DNA of 62,752 nt, filler included, from Basidiobolus ranarum (lineage: Eukaryota), in NCBI GenBank assembly GCA_040143965.1. It is 37 parts of 37 records of this genome, joined end to end, with 100 filler letters (N's around TTAATTAATTAA, not from the genome) between each part and the next. Parts side by side here need not be neighbours in the genome. Positions count along the whole stretch, not along the records: positions 23,834 to 25,433 come from JASJQH010011623.1; positions 25,534 to 27,132 come from JASJQH010011624.1; positions 27,233 to 28,831 come from JASJQH010011625.1; positions 28,932 to 30,530 come from JASJQH010011626.1; positions 30,631 to 32,229 come from JASJQH010011627.1; positions 32,330 to 33,928 come from JASJQH010011628.1; positions 34,029 to 35,627 come from JASJQH010011629.1; positions 35,728 to 37,325 come from JASJQH010011630.1; 29 more parts are not named here. One strand, written 5' to 3'. A program made the translations under genes and the position numbers. Positions 25,189-37,719 of the stretch are shown here, one piece after another. The notes under the pieces are model-generated. The model did no database searches. It was not told where the DNA came from and worked only from the letters and a program-made list of their open reading frames with translations. Positions within the stretch are counted from its first letter, which is position 1, and each line of letters opens with the position of its first letter.

Positions 25189-25433
25189 TTAGTAACCAAT
25201 TGCAGACATGATACCGTAGCCCAATGTAAATAACAAACAAGTACAAACGACACTGGTTGGTACTCCGGTGATAACGAAATCCTTCGTTGTCAAATACGGT
25301 TTTCCTGCTGGATTTTCTAACATTACCGCCGACATATTAGGATAGCCAGAGACGGGGAGTCCCATTCCAGCAGAACAAGCTAAACCAGCTCCCATAACAA
25401 GAAGATTGGGGTGGGGAATAGGCAAGTGCTCTC
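25189..25433 (-). CDS. Low-affinity phosphate transporter, Pho87/Pho90/Pho91 family, C-terminus (partial)
   Basis: HPNLLVMGAGLACSAGMGLPVSGYPNMSA..GKPYLTTKDF..GVPTS..TLGYGIM. Confidence 0.88.
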
Positions 25434-25533
25434 NNNNNNNNNNNNNNNNNNNNNNNNNNNNNNNNNNNNNNNNNNNNTTAATTAATTAANNNNNNNNNNN
25501 NNNNNNNNNNNNNNNNNNNNNNNNNNNNNNNNN

Positions 25534-27132
25534 ACCGTGACTACACCTCTTCCCTAACCTATCAACAAAGCAGCTTACGCGATATTCAGAGTTGGACTGG
25601 AACATCACCACTTTTCGATTCTCTTCTTGACTACAAAAATAGTCACATGACTGAGAGTAACAAGTCCACCGTTAAACCATTTGAAAACAGCGGCAATCGT
25701 TTGGAGCTTGTTCAAGTAGATAGCAATGAAGTATCTGAGGTATTTTGATATTTTTACGAACCTTCTAGTTAGTATTGTGATGATTCTTTTGAACTAACTC
25801 TTAATTTGTAACAACAGTATCCACTGGGATTGTGTGTTGAATCTGATGATCTTGCACTATCTTATAGCTTGATGTTCAGCAAACAATTAATTTCGCTCTA
25901 TCATGGCGAGATGCTATCTAGGGACTTCAAATTTATCTTTGAAGGCTTAGTGAGTACGACAACGGACACGAGTTTAAACGATTTGAGTATGGATTTGAGT
26001 TTAAAGAAGGTTGATTTTGGCTATTCTGCAAAATCATATCCTAGCGCTGTAATGGCAAATACATGTCTTCATCATACATTTGAGACACAAGCAAATCTCT
26101 ACTCAGACAGAATAGCGATACAGTTTGGGACTTCAGAATATGTCACTTATGAGGAACTTAACAAAAGAGCTAACCAGTTAGCTCATTATTTGATGGATCT
26201 CGGTGTTCGCCCAGATTCGATTGTACCACTTTGCCTCGATAAGTCAGTTTTCTTGATAGTTGCAATGCTCGCGGTCCTCAAAGCAGGCGGAGCCTATGTT
26301 CCGCTTGATCCAAACAATCCAGTGGAACGGAACCTCTTTATCCTTGATGAGACGAAGGCCCAGGTAGTGGTAACACTCAGCCATTACAAGCAAAGATTTA
26401 GTAAACAGCAATTAGTTCTCCTCGATATTGATGATGGAACCGTTCAACAAAAAGCTAAAGAAAATCCAGTGGTGAACAAACTTACTGCTTCGAATCTGTG
26501 CTATGTGATGTATACATCTGGATCCACTGGTATTCCCAAAGGTGTCATGGTTGAGCATTCCGCTGTACTGAGCTTCATTCATGCATTCTGTGAAGTGTTT
26601 ATTCTTACTACACAAGACTCAGTTTTGCAATTTTCCAATTATACCTTCGACATGTCTGTTATTGAAATCATTAGCCCACTTCTAGTTGGTGCTTGCGTCG
26701 CACTGGCGCCAATGGAGATCTTACTTTCCGATCTACAAGGAACGATTAACACAATGAATGTGACGTCACTAGCACTGACTCCAACCATCGCTACATACAT
26801 TGACCCGTCAAAAGTGCCGTCTGTGAAGAGAGTGATGTTTGGAGGTGAAATGCTCACCACAGATGTTCGTAATTCCTGGTTGCCATATGTTCAAGTAATT
26901 AATGCTTATGGGCCAACAGAAGCTGCAGTAGCAATTTTGATGCATCCTCAACTAGATGAAAACACTACATGTAGCAATGTTGGAAAACCAATAGGAAGTA
27001 ACAGAATATATATTTTAGGTCTGGATATGCACCCAGTCCCTATAGGAGTCGTTGGTGAACTGTGCGTAAGTGGTCCTCAACTTGCTCGTGGCTATCTTAA
27101 TCGTCCCGATCTTACGGAGAAAGCGTTCGTGC
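25534..27132 (+). CDS. Non-ribosomal peptide synthetase fragment (end of C domain + A domain); intron 25740-25817
   Basis: SLRDIQSW..LFDSLLDY..SE|YPL. A-domain cores TYEELNKRANQLA, LKAGGAYVPLD, YVMYTSGSTGIPKG, FDMS, NAYGPTE and GELCVSGPQLARGYLN. Confidence 0.95.
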
Positions 27133-27232
27133 NNNNNNNNNNNNNNNNNNNNNNNNNNNNNNNNNNNNNNNNNNNNTTAATTAATTAANNNNNNNNNNNN
27201 NNNNNNNNNNNNNNNNNNNNNNNNNNNNNNNN

Positions 27233-28597
27233 TATCATAATAGTTGTAATTGCTCAAATCTGATGAAACAAACTAAGACCTGGCTATCTACCAAGTTTGA
27301 AATGCAAGATATTGGATCACCAGCATATTGTCTTGGAATATAGATACATCAAAATTCCAAAATTGGAACACTCTGTATTACACAAGAAAAATATATTGGA
27401 GATGTTTGAAGCAGATTCAGTATGTCAGAATGTCAAACAGCTTCAAATCCACTATGTATGCTGATACTCACTAAGGATATGGAGCCAAGGACCTCTGGAG
27501 ATATTGAAATTATGAAACATATTCCTTACCATAATGCAGTTGGAAGTCTCATATATGCAACAACTGGTACTAGGCCTGATATTGCTATAGCAGTAAGCAT
27601 AATAAGCAAATATATGGAAAATCCTGCAATGGAACTTTGGATAGCTGTGAAACAGATAATATGCTATCTGAAAGGGACAGTACATCATGGAATTCAATTT
27701 AGCAAGCAGTATAACATGTCACTTATTTTGGAAGGATATGTGGATGCAGACTATGTTGAAGTGTATTATCTTTATCATATTTGTTATCTCTACCTTTATA
27801 CACCTAACTATTTCATATATGACATATAAGTTAGTTAACATTACTTAGTCAAATATCACTTAGCTGAAAATTGGAATATATATTATATATATATATATGT
27901 GAATAATGTGAGAATTAACAATTCTATATTGGGAATTTCAAACTCATCCAAATTGCCCCAAAGATAGCTCATCATACTTCCACAGATGTTATGAACACAA
28001 CCCCAGTGTTAGTTTTCTGTATTTTCACCAAAATGTATAAATGCTTTATTTCTGGATAGTAAGTAATTATCTCACAAAGCTATTCACAACTCCACTTTTC
28101 TAAAGTCTCTCCAAAAGGCCCATATTTTCCCAATAGACTGTGCTAACAATATAGAAGACTGTAAGTCCAGAACTGGATTTGTGTTTAAGCTAGCAGGTGG
28201 GCCAATAAGCTAGATTAGTAACAAACAACAAACTGTTGTATTATCAACTACAGAAGCAGAATATATAGCAAGCTCTATGGCTGTTCAAGAAGCTATATGG
28301 CTAAGGAGTCTTCTCATAGAACTAGAATATGAGCAAGTTAATCCTACCCCAATATATCAAGATAAAATTAGTTGTATTCAGATCACCAAAAATCTTGAGC
28401 ATCACTCCAGGATGAAACATATTGACATAGTATATCATTTTGTATCAGAGAAAGTTCAAGACAAAGAAGTGAACTTTATTTATTGTAATACTGAACATAT
28501 GCTTGCAGATATACTAACAAAACCACTCAAAACTTCAAGCTTAAAGAAGTTAAGAGCAGGAATAGGCATTAGTGAATATAAGCACAAGGCTGAATAA
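27233..28597 (+). mobile_element. Ty1/copia RT-RNase H, degenerate, interrupted by a solo LTR B
   Basis: PYHNAVGSLIYATTGTRPDIA, GYVDADY|A, LSTTEAEY, KHIDIVYHFV and LADILTKPL. PPT aaagggaagg at ~28634-28643. Confidence 0.93.
27754..28135 (+). repeat. Solo LTR family B, TSD gacta/gactg
   Basis: Splits the DADYA motif; TGTTGAAG...CCCAATA. Confidence 0.92.
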
Positions 28598-28631
28598 GAA
28601 TTAGTGAATATAAGCACAAGGCTGAATAAGA
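28568..28631 (+). repeat. Exact 32-bp tandem duplication
   Basis: attagtgaatataagcacaaggctgaataaga x2. Confidence 0.9.
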
Positions 28632-28666
28632 ATAAAGGGAAGGTGTGGGATAATTAATCTTTATTC

Positions 28667-28831
28667 TGTTGAAATTAGCATTGCCTAAACACCTATATAG
28701 TCATATGTAGCTTAGTACTCAGTTATCTTATAATTCACTAAGATATTATCAATTATTCTCAATTGGAATTTACTTAGAATATTTTTACCAACTTAGAAGT
28801 TCTCAGATATATAGATTTTTCAAACTTGTGC
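28667..28831 (+). repeat. Copia LTR family C, 5' part
   Basis: TGTTGAAATTAGCATTGCCTAAACACC. Confidence 0.85.
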
Positions 28832-28931
28832 NNNNNNNNNNNNNNNNNNNNNNNNNNNNNNNNNNNNNNNNNNNNTTAATTAATTAANNNNNNNNNNNNN
28901 NNNNNNNNNNNNNNNNNNNNNNNNNNNNNNN

Positions 28932-29535
28932 TACAAGTCATATTTGCGATAGATGTAGGCGTTGATGTTGGCGTAATGGTATTAATAGGAATATGATTAT
29001 CGGTAGTTGAAGTAATTTTCATGGTTTGGGTTGGAGTAGTCGATGACATAGTTGAAGGGAGCTGGATGTTACTACTTCCGGCATTTACAGAAAGATTTAC
29101 AATTGCATATCCTGCAGCCAATTCGGCATTATTCGGCCCAATTACTATAAGAAGAAGATATGTATTTGTCTGGGTACATCCTTCACATAATCCATATGTT
29201 GATGTATCATAATTTTTTAGATTATTTGCCAATGGAAAAATATTTGTATGATGCTTAAAAAGTTTGGTTGCGCAAGTATATGTTCCAAATGTAAAACTAG
29301 TTTTGCCGCTCATTGCAGTTAGCAAGTGTAGATTACACTGACCCGCAGAAAAATCCCATGCAATAGAAAGTGGGATATTTGGGTTAATTATAGTATTTGC
29401 TTTTGGATAAGTTAAACACCCACCAATATTTGTATAATTCAGAGTGGTGACAGAAGTTGGGATAGTACATCCTTGTCCGAAAATACCACTTGCGAAAAAT
29501 ATTCCAAAAAATATAAATAAGTTAAGCTTTAACAT
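28932..29535 (-). CDS. Secreted Cys-containing, Thr-rich surface protein (Kre9/KNH-like architecture), 3' partial, very AT-rich
   Basis: Likely start MLKLNLFIFFGIFFASGIFG (signal peptide), then LTYPKANTII..LSIAWD and a T/P-rich tail. Intronless. Confidence 0.72.
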
Positions 29536-29627
29536 AATAAAATAAAAATGCAAGATATGCGCTATCATTCCACGAAATAGAATTCAAGATAATTTTTTAA
29601 AAAACAAGTTTATATTTAAACAACATT

Positions 29628-30530
29628 TTAAGCTTTGTTCATCAACACGTTTTCATCTTTGACATCCAAAAATATTCTAAACAATTCACTCGAATTTTGA
29701 ACTTGTCCATCCATTCCTACTACCAATCTAGGATTGGGTGCTTCTTTAACTAACATTTGTCCATAACCCCAAGGTCTGAGTTTAGACATGCCAAAGAATA
29801 TTATCCATATAATAATTAGGGTACCAGTAAAAAAGTTTATTATTTCCAGAATTGCGGAAAAATAATTAACATTTTTGTATTCTTCAACAACGCTATAACC
29901 CATTGGCACAATTTTTGTGAGTCCATCCCTTGGATTAATATTTAAATCCGAATAATAATCTAACCGACGTATGGCATAATATTGTAATACATTATAATTC
30001 CAAGTAAATTTTTTGTTTCCATTAAATAATCTAGTCTCTTTGACATCATAATTAATTACGGGTAAATTGGTCACGTCAAATTCTCCATGTTGTCCTAAAT
30101 CGCAAAGATTTATATTTGTATTGTAATCAAATGTTGAAATATAATAATAATCTTTGTTATCAAAATCCTTGATATGTATATATCCAAATGGAAGAGACTT
30201 TTTTTCATGGGATGAACTATAAATTAGGTCATTGGTATTATTTAATATATGATAATAAAATGGTATGGGGTTGATTGTATTATTAAAAAATTTGCAAAAA
30301 ACTTCTTTTTTTTCCAATTGTTTGGACACCAATCCATTGCCGCTGGGATTGGGCGTTAATAGCTGTACATTTGGTATAGAATTGTTTTTTAACATTACGG
30401 AAATTCCTGCAATAGGTAAATAATTTGTATATTGTGCATCTAAAATTTTAATCAGAGTTGGCTGATTTATAACATAAATTATTTTGTCGTAAGCATAATA
30501 TCCAAATAAAGATCCAAATGCCAATATAAA
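29628..30530 (-). CDS. Uncharacterised two-transmembrane protein with a large loop and an FG...PWG motif, 5' partial, very AT-rich
   Basis: Intact ~300-codon ORF. TM near the N-terminus, second hydrophobic segment ending IFFGMSKLRPWGYGQ. Confidence 0.8.
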   Translation of the reverse strand, partial: FILAFGSLFGYYAYDKIIYVINQPTLIKILDAQYTNYLPIAGISVMLKNNSIPNVQLLTPNPSGNGLVSKQLEKKEVFCKFFNNTINPIPFYYHILNNTNDLIYSSSHEKKSLPFGYIHIKDFDNKDYYYISTFDYNTNINLCDLGQHGEFDVTNLPVINYDVKETRLFNGNKKFTWNYNVLQYYAIRRLDYYSDLNINPRDGLTKIVPMGYSVVEEYKNVNYFSAILEIINFFTGTLIIIWIIFFGMSKLRPWGYGQMLVKEAPNPRLVVGMDGQVQNSSELFRIFLDVKDENVLMNKA

Positions 30531-30630
30531 NNNNNNNNNNNNNNNNNNNNNNNNNNNNNNNNNNNNNNNNNNNNTTAATTAATTAANNNNNNNNNNNNNN
30601 NNNNNNNNNNNNNNNNNNNNNNNNNNNNNN

Positions 30631-31760
30631 CAAACTTGGTAGATAGCTAGGTCTTAGTTTGTTTCATCAGATTTGAGCAATTACTACTTATTATGATGTC
30701 CTCAACATAGAGAGCAACTATAACTTGGTGACTTTGATGGTCTTGAAGCATATTCAGTGATCAGCATTAACCTAATACAGCTATGCAATCTGCAAAGCCA
30801 ATAACCTTGTAGGATCATTCTACCATGTAGAATTATTGGATTCTAAACTGCAAAGCACTAATCATTATGGTGATTAATAAATTAGGAATAGACTATATAG
30901 GCAAGCTCTATGAAATTAATCTCAGAAATATATATTACTGTTTTCTACTTAATGGAGTTGCTGTTAAATTACTTTGGCACCTGTTAGAAGTGGTTTGGAG
31001 AATATGAGATATTGGTGGTTTTACTTATTAATATATTGAGTTGACATTTATAGCACTGTCAGGATATAAGCAAACTAACATGTAGTATGTGTTAAGGAAG
31101 GTCTCAGGAACATGTGTGCAATGTTTAGGGCTTCTTTGAAAAATCTTTATATCTGATAACTTCTGAGTAAACTCCTCTTGAGAATACTGGGTAATTTCTT
31201 GGTGAAATATTGGATAACTCAATAATAAGCTATATGTGACTATATAGGTGTTTAGGCTATGTTTATTTCAACAGCTGCTTAAAATAAAGATAACCTAAAG
31301 TACCATTATGTATACATTCATAAAATTAGTGACTAGGGGTCATCTATAATATTGTAATAATGAAGTACAAATTCATTAAGGTTGTAAAAGTTTAAGTAAT
31401 ATCAAAATTAAGAAAATTAATGTTGTAACGAGGATGTTTCAACAGCTGGAGTTGTCATAATTCTTATAGATGCTCATTAGTGAACTTGCTATATATCATC
31501 TTTAGTTTGGGTGCAAATAAGGAAATTGAAAACTAGTATTTTGCTTGGAACATCAATATAGTATAACTTGTTGAAATTAGCATTGCCTAAACACCTATAT
31601 AGTCACATATAGCTTAGTATTTTAGTTTATCTTATACTTTACTAAGATAATTCCCATTATTCTCAAGAGGAATTTACTTAGAAGTTCTCAGATATATAGA
31701 TTGCTCCAAGAAGCCCCAAACTCTGCACACATGTTCATGGGCCCTTCCTTAACACATTAT
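30631..31760. mobile_element. Copia RT remnant (30631-~30830, minus) and two LTR C fragments (~30982-31272 minus; ~31568-31760 plus)
   Basis: 30631-30690 is the reverse complement of 27240-27300; LTR C signature gcctaaacacctatatagtcac. Confidence 0.75.
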
Positions 31761-32329
31761 CATCTTTCAGAATTATGCAAAATAAATAATGACTAAAACA
31801 ACCCAACATGCACAGAGTATCGGCATTGTAAGTAGAGTAGCAATTTCATCGTTTCTAGGTACTTAGGCATCAACAGCTATGCAAACATGTAGGGCGTGTA
31901 GTGGAACCACTTTTCGATGAATGTTATTATATCAAAAATATAATCACGACAAGCTATACTCAAATTTGTTAAGGGCACTTTCAAAAATCAAGGTGGTGAA
32001 TAAAATTCTCCAATTGATGATGAATTGATGTGTTCAGCACTGTGAGAACACTCCTTGAAGTGTTTATATTGTGGTTCAAGAATATTCAGCCATGACTAAG
32101 TTAAGGTGGATTTGGTGGACAAAGAATACATCAACTTGACTTACATATTCGTTAAATCTACACTATTAACGCTGACCAAATATAGTATACAAGTCACCAG
32201 CTATCCAGAACTCTCTAGCAAAGTACTACNNNNNNNNNNNNNNNNNNNNNNNNNNNNNNNNNNNNNNNNNNNNTTAATTAATTAANNNNNNNNNNNNNNN
32301 NNNNNNNNNNNNNNNNNNNNNNNNNNNNN

Positions 32330-32871
32330 AAACATTGGTTTCAGATAGTTTTGCATTGTTTTCTTCTCCTACAAGAGTGTCCCAAAGTCCTTTTCTTGCA
32401 GCAGCATTTTCATTTCAACCTTCTAAACTTGATAAATGGTACCATCCAATTTTTCAGCAAAGGAAAAGGTTCCAAAAATTTGAGAAGTTGATATACAGAG
32501 AGTGCAAGCTCAGGCCTCAGAACTTGTTAAAGTATATGCAAGCCTGTTGGAAATGGTTTGGCGAATTAGAGGAATTGATGGTTTTCTCTTATTGATTCAT
32601 TGAGTAAAAAGTTTACATTTATAGTTTTGTCAAGATCTAAGCAAACAAAAATGTAGAATGTGTTAAGGAAGATCCCAGGAACAGGTGTGCAGAGTTTGGG
32701 GCTTCTACACACGTTTGAGAAATCTATATATCAGAGGACTTCAAAGTTGGTAAAAATATTCTAGGTAAATTCCAATTGCAAATAATAGATAATATCTTAG
32801 TGAATTAGAAGATAACTAAGTACTAAGCTATATATGATTATATAGGTGTTTAGGAAATGTTAATTTCAACA
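32330..32871 (-). mobile_element. Copia 5' LTR C (~32525-32871) and gag start, degenerate
   Basis: Homologous to 45150-45698. Confidence 0.8.
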
Positions 32872-33699
32872 CAAGGCTTGGGGCCTCTAGCACATGCTTA
32901 ATAATCTATATAGCTGACAGCTTCTAAGTTGCTTAAAATATTGCAAGTAAATTTAAATTCTAAAAAATCAACAATACTTTAGTAGAATATAGGGAAACTG
33001 AATACTAAGCTATATATGAGTATGTAGATGCTTAGAAAGTGCTGGTTTCAGCATGTACATCAACCAATAATTCTCTTTGAGAAACCACTAATCCACCAAA
33101 CAGCTAAGAAGTGCTCCAAACTGGGAAGTAACATAGGCAGGAAGGCATCTACTGTTAGCTTAAATTCCTGGGCTAACTCTATTGGGGAGCACAGTGTTGT
33201 GAAAAATATGCTTCAATCTTGACCGGACCTATATTCCTTTTCTGATTGCTTCTGTGAGCCTCTTTTATTGCCGTATTACTCCATTGCTGCTGTTTATTGC
33301 CTGTTAAGCACCACAATAGTTTCACATTTACTATCACACATATCACTACCTAAGTCTCTATTACTATTTGAACAGGTTACCAGATTCTCAATGTTTTCCA
33401 TGCTATGCAAGATATAGCTGAGCAGCTCATCTACGAAGTCTTGTTCTCCTATTGATTTTTCACTTCCAATTTACAAGCTTTGGCTTTACTGTTCTATTGG
33501 GTTTATATTGTAGCCATATTTGAGTATTTTGCCAAATTGAATCTAAATTAGCAGCTAACAATTAGTCTTGAAGTGACTTATAAGAAAGTACACTGTATAA
33601 AGATATGATGAAAACATAAAATAAAGATAAAGGATCCAGCATCAGAGTACTTCTCATACAGTCAATGATTTTATCTATTAACTGTTAAAATTAGCATTT

Positions 33700-33928
33700 G
33701 CTACTTGGAAACTCCTAATCTCTTTGATTTATTCTCCTGAAGATTTTTATAGAGTTCTACATACCCAACATGAGTTTGTATCAATATCTACATCAAAGCC
33801 CACCATTGTATTAACATTGCTGAATCAACATTCTTCCAGCTATCTGGCAGATACCCTGCAATATTGTGCCACTCTGTATTAAGTTCTTCGCGGATATTTG
33901 CATGGTCACCCCCAGACTGAATGTCAAG
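33700..33928 (-). mobile_element. CMC transposon ORF2 remnant
   Basis: Reverse complement of the ELNTEWHN..DSWKNVDSA block. Confidence 0.7.
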
Positions 33929-34028
33929 NNNNNNNNNNNNNNNNNNNNNNNNNNNNNNNNNNNNNNNNNNNNTTAATTAATTAANNNNNNNNNNNNNNNN
34001 NNNNNNNNNNNNNNNNNNNNNNNNNNNN

Positions 34029-35627
34029 TGATTGTGCATGGTTTGGTTTAACCACACATCACCAGAATCCTCCCAACCAATCACACTACTCTCCCTAGTC
34101 ATCACCCAGGACTAACCACCTGGTACCAATCAAAGTGAATCATATCAATCAAATGAACTCCTGCAATTATATAAACTTAAGACCTCCCAGTTTGCAAGGA
34201 ATAAGATGCTACAACTGTGGGAAGATAGGTCATTATGCTAGAGACTGTAGATCTAAAAGAAATTATAAGTATGAAAGACCTCAACAGCACTGGACAAGAC
34301 AGGAAACTGGCCAGAAACCGCCCTTGGACAACTCCCAGACACATCAGATTCTTTCATCAGATGACTCCAAGAGAGCCCAGAAGGAATGCTACAAAGATAA
34401 TCAGACATTGATGATGGTGAATGAAGTTATACAAGCTGAGGAGAAGCCAACACCATTGCTTTATTAGCCTATAATCATCAAAAACCAACAGCTCCAAGCA
34501 CTTATAGATTCAGGGGCTACACATAATTACATCTCACAGCAAGCTGCAGATATGCTCCAGCTCCCTACCATAGGCATCACCCCTAAACCAACAACCATTG
34601 CTAATCAAAACTCTATAAGTATCATTAGGCAATGCATAGATGTATCTATCACTCTTGGAACACTAACAAAGCAGATAAAACCACTGATAATCCCAAATGC
34701 AAACTTTAACATCATATTAGGTAAACCTTGGTTATGGAGGCATAATCCAGAGATCAACTGGAGAAGCAACCAGATTACCTTGTAGGACCACTCCCAGACA
34801 CATACACTACAATCAACCAGAAAAGTGTTAACCAAATTAAGTGGATCTACATGTCAGATTATTTCTACCTTATCTGACTTTGCTAGAGATGTCAAGCAAG
34901 GAAGTTCTTGTCATATTGTTTTATTGCAGGTCACAGAAGAACAACATATTCCCAAACATATTCAACAACTCCTGAATCAGTTTCCTGAAGTCTTTAAAGG
35001 ATAACTAGAAAGCCTACCTCCTCACAGGAATATTGACCACAAAATAGACCTTGGATGCTACACCTGTTGTCATACCTATTTACTCCTTGAGCCCAAAGGA
35101 GCTACAGACTTTGAAGGATCAGATTCAAGAACTGCTGAATAAAGGATTCATCAGACCAAACAAGTCCCCTTGGGGATCTCTCATACTCTTTGTCCCCAAG
35201 AAAGATGGTTATTTAAGGATGTGTGTGGAATATAGAGCCCTGAACTCAGTTACAATAAAGAACAGATATGCGCTACCAAGAGCTCAAGAACTTATGGATA
35301 GACTACACAGTGCCAAAGTATTCAGCAAGATAGACCTGACCTCAGGCTATTACCAAGTAAGAATCAAAGACTCTGACATCCCCAAGACAGCCTTTAGGAC
35401 AAGATATGGACACTGTGAGTTCTTAGTGCTCAGTTTTGGCCTAACAAATGCACCTGCAACCTTCATGGCAATGATGAATGAAGTCTTAGCCAAGTTTCTA
35501 GATTGATTTGCCATAATATTCCTTGATGACATCCTGATCTATAGCCAAAATGAAGAAGAACATCTCCAACATCTCAAGAAAATCCTAGAAGCACTCAAGG
35601 AACATCAACTGGTTGCCAATCCCAAGA
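34029..35627 (+). mobile_element. Ty3/gypsy gag zinc knuckle, protease and RT (second gypsy family), degenerate
   Basis: [63 protein letters not shown] and FLDDILIYS. Confidence 0.95.
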
Positions 35628-35727
35628 NNNNNNNNNNNNNNNNNNNNNNNNNNNNNNNNNNNNNNNNNNNNTTAATTAATTAANNNNNNNNNNNNNNNNN
35701 NNNNNNNNNNNNNNNNNNNNNNNNNNN

Positions 35728-37325
35728 CAAAGATTGATTTACAAAAATTACCAAAGAAGAAAAATATACTGAATCTGCAAATGTGGTTATAACAGAAGAT
35801 CACTTGTTCATATCTGCTCTATCTATGACTACCAACAAGGATTCTCAGATGTGGTATATTGATTCTGGCGCTTCCCAACATTTCACAAATGAAAAACATT
35901 GGTTTGTGGATTATGAAGAAATCCCAATTAGAAAGGTTTTCATGGGAGATGACTGCACATTGGATGCTATTAGAATGGTAACAAATCAATTCAATTTAAC
36001 TGAAGCTTCTGAAGAGAAAGTATATACTTTTAAGGATGTACTACATGTTCCAGATATTGCAAAGAATTTAATATCGGTATGCAAGGCCACCTCAGAAGGG
36101 CGAAAATTCAATATTGATTAGTCTGGATGCACCAGCACTGATCAAATTGGGAATTTTTTAGCTTTGGGAGAAAAGGATCAGAAGTTATACAAACTTACAT
36201 ATAATCCAAGAGATTTATGTGTAAATATAAGTTATTCCAATCAAGAAACTATTCAATTAAGGCATAAGAGATTTGGCCATATTGGATTTGATTATTTGAG
36301 TAAAATGATCAAAAATTGCCTAATTTCTGGAATTCAAATTAACCCCCAACCAACATGGAAATTTGTGAGGGTTGTATATATGGAAAACAAGCCAGGCAAC
36401 CATTCAAGAGCTCTTGTTTAATCAAATCTGTCAAAAAATAGGATCTAATTCATTCAGATTTGTGTGGACCTATGCAAATTTTATTTCTAGGCAGAAAAAG
36501 ATATTTAATCACATCTATTGATGATAATACAAGATACACTTGGGTCTACTTTATGGAAAGAAAAGAACAAGCTCTCTCTATCTTTAGAGATTTTTAAAAC
36601 ACTTGTGGAGACCAAAACTGGAACTAAAATCAAGAAAAAACATACTGATAATGGTGGAGAATATACTTCAACACTCTGTAAGCACTTTTGCAAAGTTCAT
36701 GGAATTAAGCAAGAAACTACTGCCCCCTATTCACCTCAACAAAATGGAGTTGCTGAAAGAGCTAACAGGACTATAATAGAAATGGCAAGATCTATGATAA
36801 ATGCACAAAATTTATCTCATAACTTTTGGGTGGAATCTGTTGCTACAGCTGTATATCTGAAGAATAGGAGTTTTACTAGAAGTCTGTCTAACTCTACACC
36901 ATATCAAGCTTGGTTTGGAGTTAAACCTGATGTAAAACATTTGAGGATCTTTGGATGCATTGCTTATGTCAAAATTATGACCAAAAATTGGTCTAAATTT
37001 GATCCAAAAAGTAAGAAATGCATATTTCTGGGTTATTGTACTCAAACTAAGGCCTACAGACTCTATGATACCAAAATTTCCAAGTTAATCAAGTCCAGGG
37101 ATGTTTTGTTTAATGAAAATGAAAAATTTTCACCCAAAATGACCTCAGATGATGACAAAAATCAATTTTCTCCTGATCCAATCATTCAAATTGATTCAAA
37201 CCAAAACAATGAAGAAAATAGCATTCCTGTGGACCCTTCAACCAAAATTTTGCCTACTGAAGTGCCCAATACAATGCCAGAAGTTGTAGTACCTTTATCC
37301 CAAACCAGGAGATCAAATCAGATCA
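35728..37325 (+). mobile_element. Ty1/copia protease, GAG-pre-integrase and integrase, degenerate
   Basis: WYIDSGASQH, HKRFGH, IHSDLCGP, TDNGGEY, PQQNGVAERANRT and SRDVLFNE. Confidence 0.95.
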
Positions 37326-37425
37326 NNNNNNNNNNNNNNNNNNNNNNNNNNNNNNNNNNNNNNNNNNNNTTAATTAATTAANNNNNNNNNNNNNNNNNNN
37401 NNNNNNNNNNNNNNNNNNNNNNNNN

Positions 37426-37700
37426 AGAGTAATGCCGCTTTTTGGATTTTCCACAATTGGCTCATATCAAGGTGATTTTGGGCAAGATTCTGTAAGTTTT
37501 GAAAATAGTAAACTACTCATCATCAGAGCAACTGAAGGCAGCTCTGACATTCAGAATCTCTTGGTTTGCCAGTTCTCCTATGAGATTTCTACCATTATGT
37601 GTCCAAGCAATTTTGATTTGTTGTCTAGGGTTAAGGATTGAACACATATTCTGCTCTGCTAGATTGTCATGGTGAGATTTGTATGTATGGTGTGGGATTG
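37426..37700 (-). mobile_element. CMC transposon ORF2 remnant
   Basis: ELANQEILNVRAA..SDDE, shared with 19698-19937. Confidence 0.65.
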
Positions 37701-37719
37701 ATGGATTTTCCATATGAGA

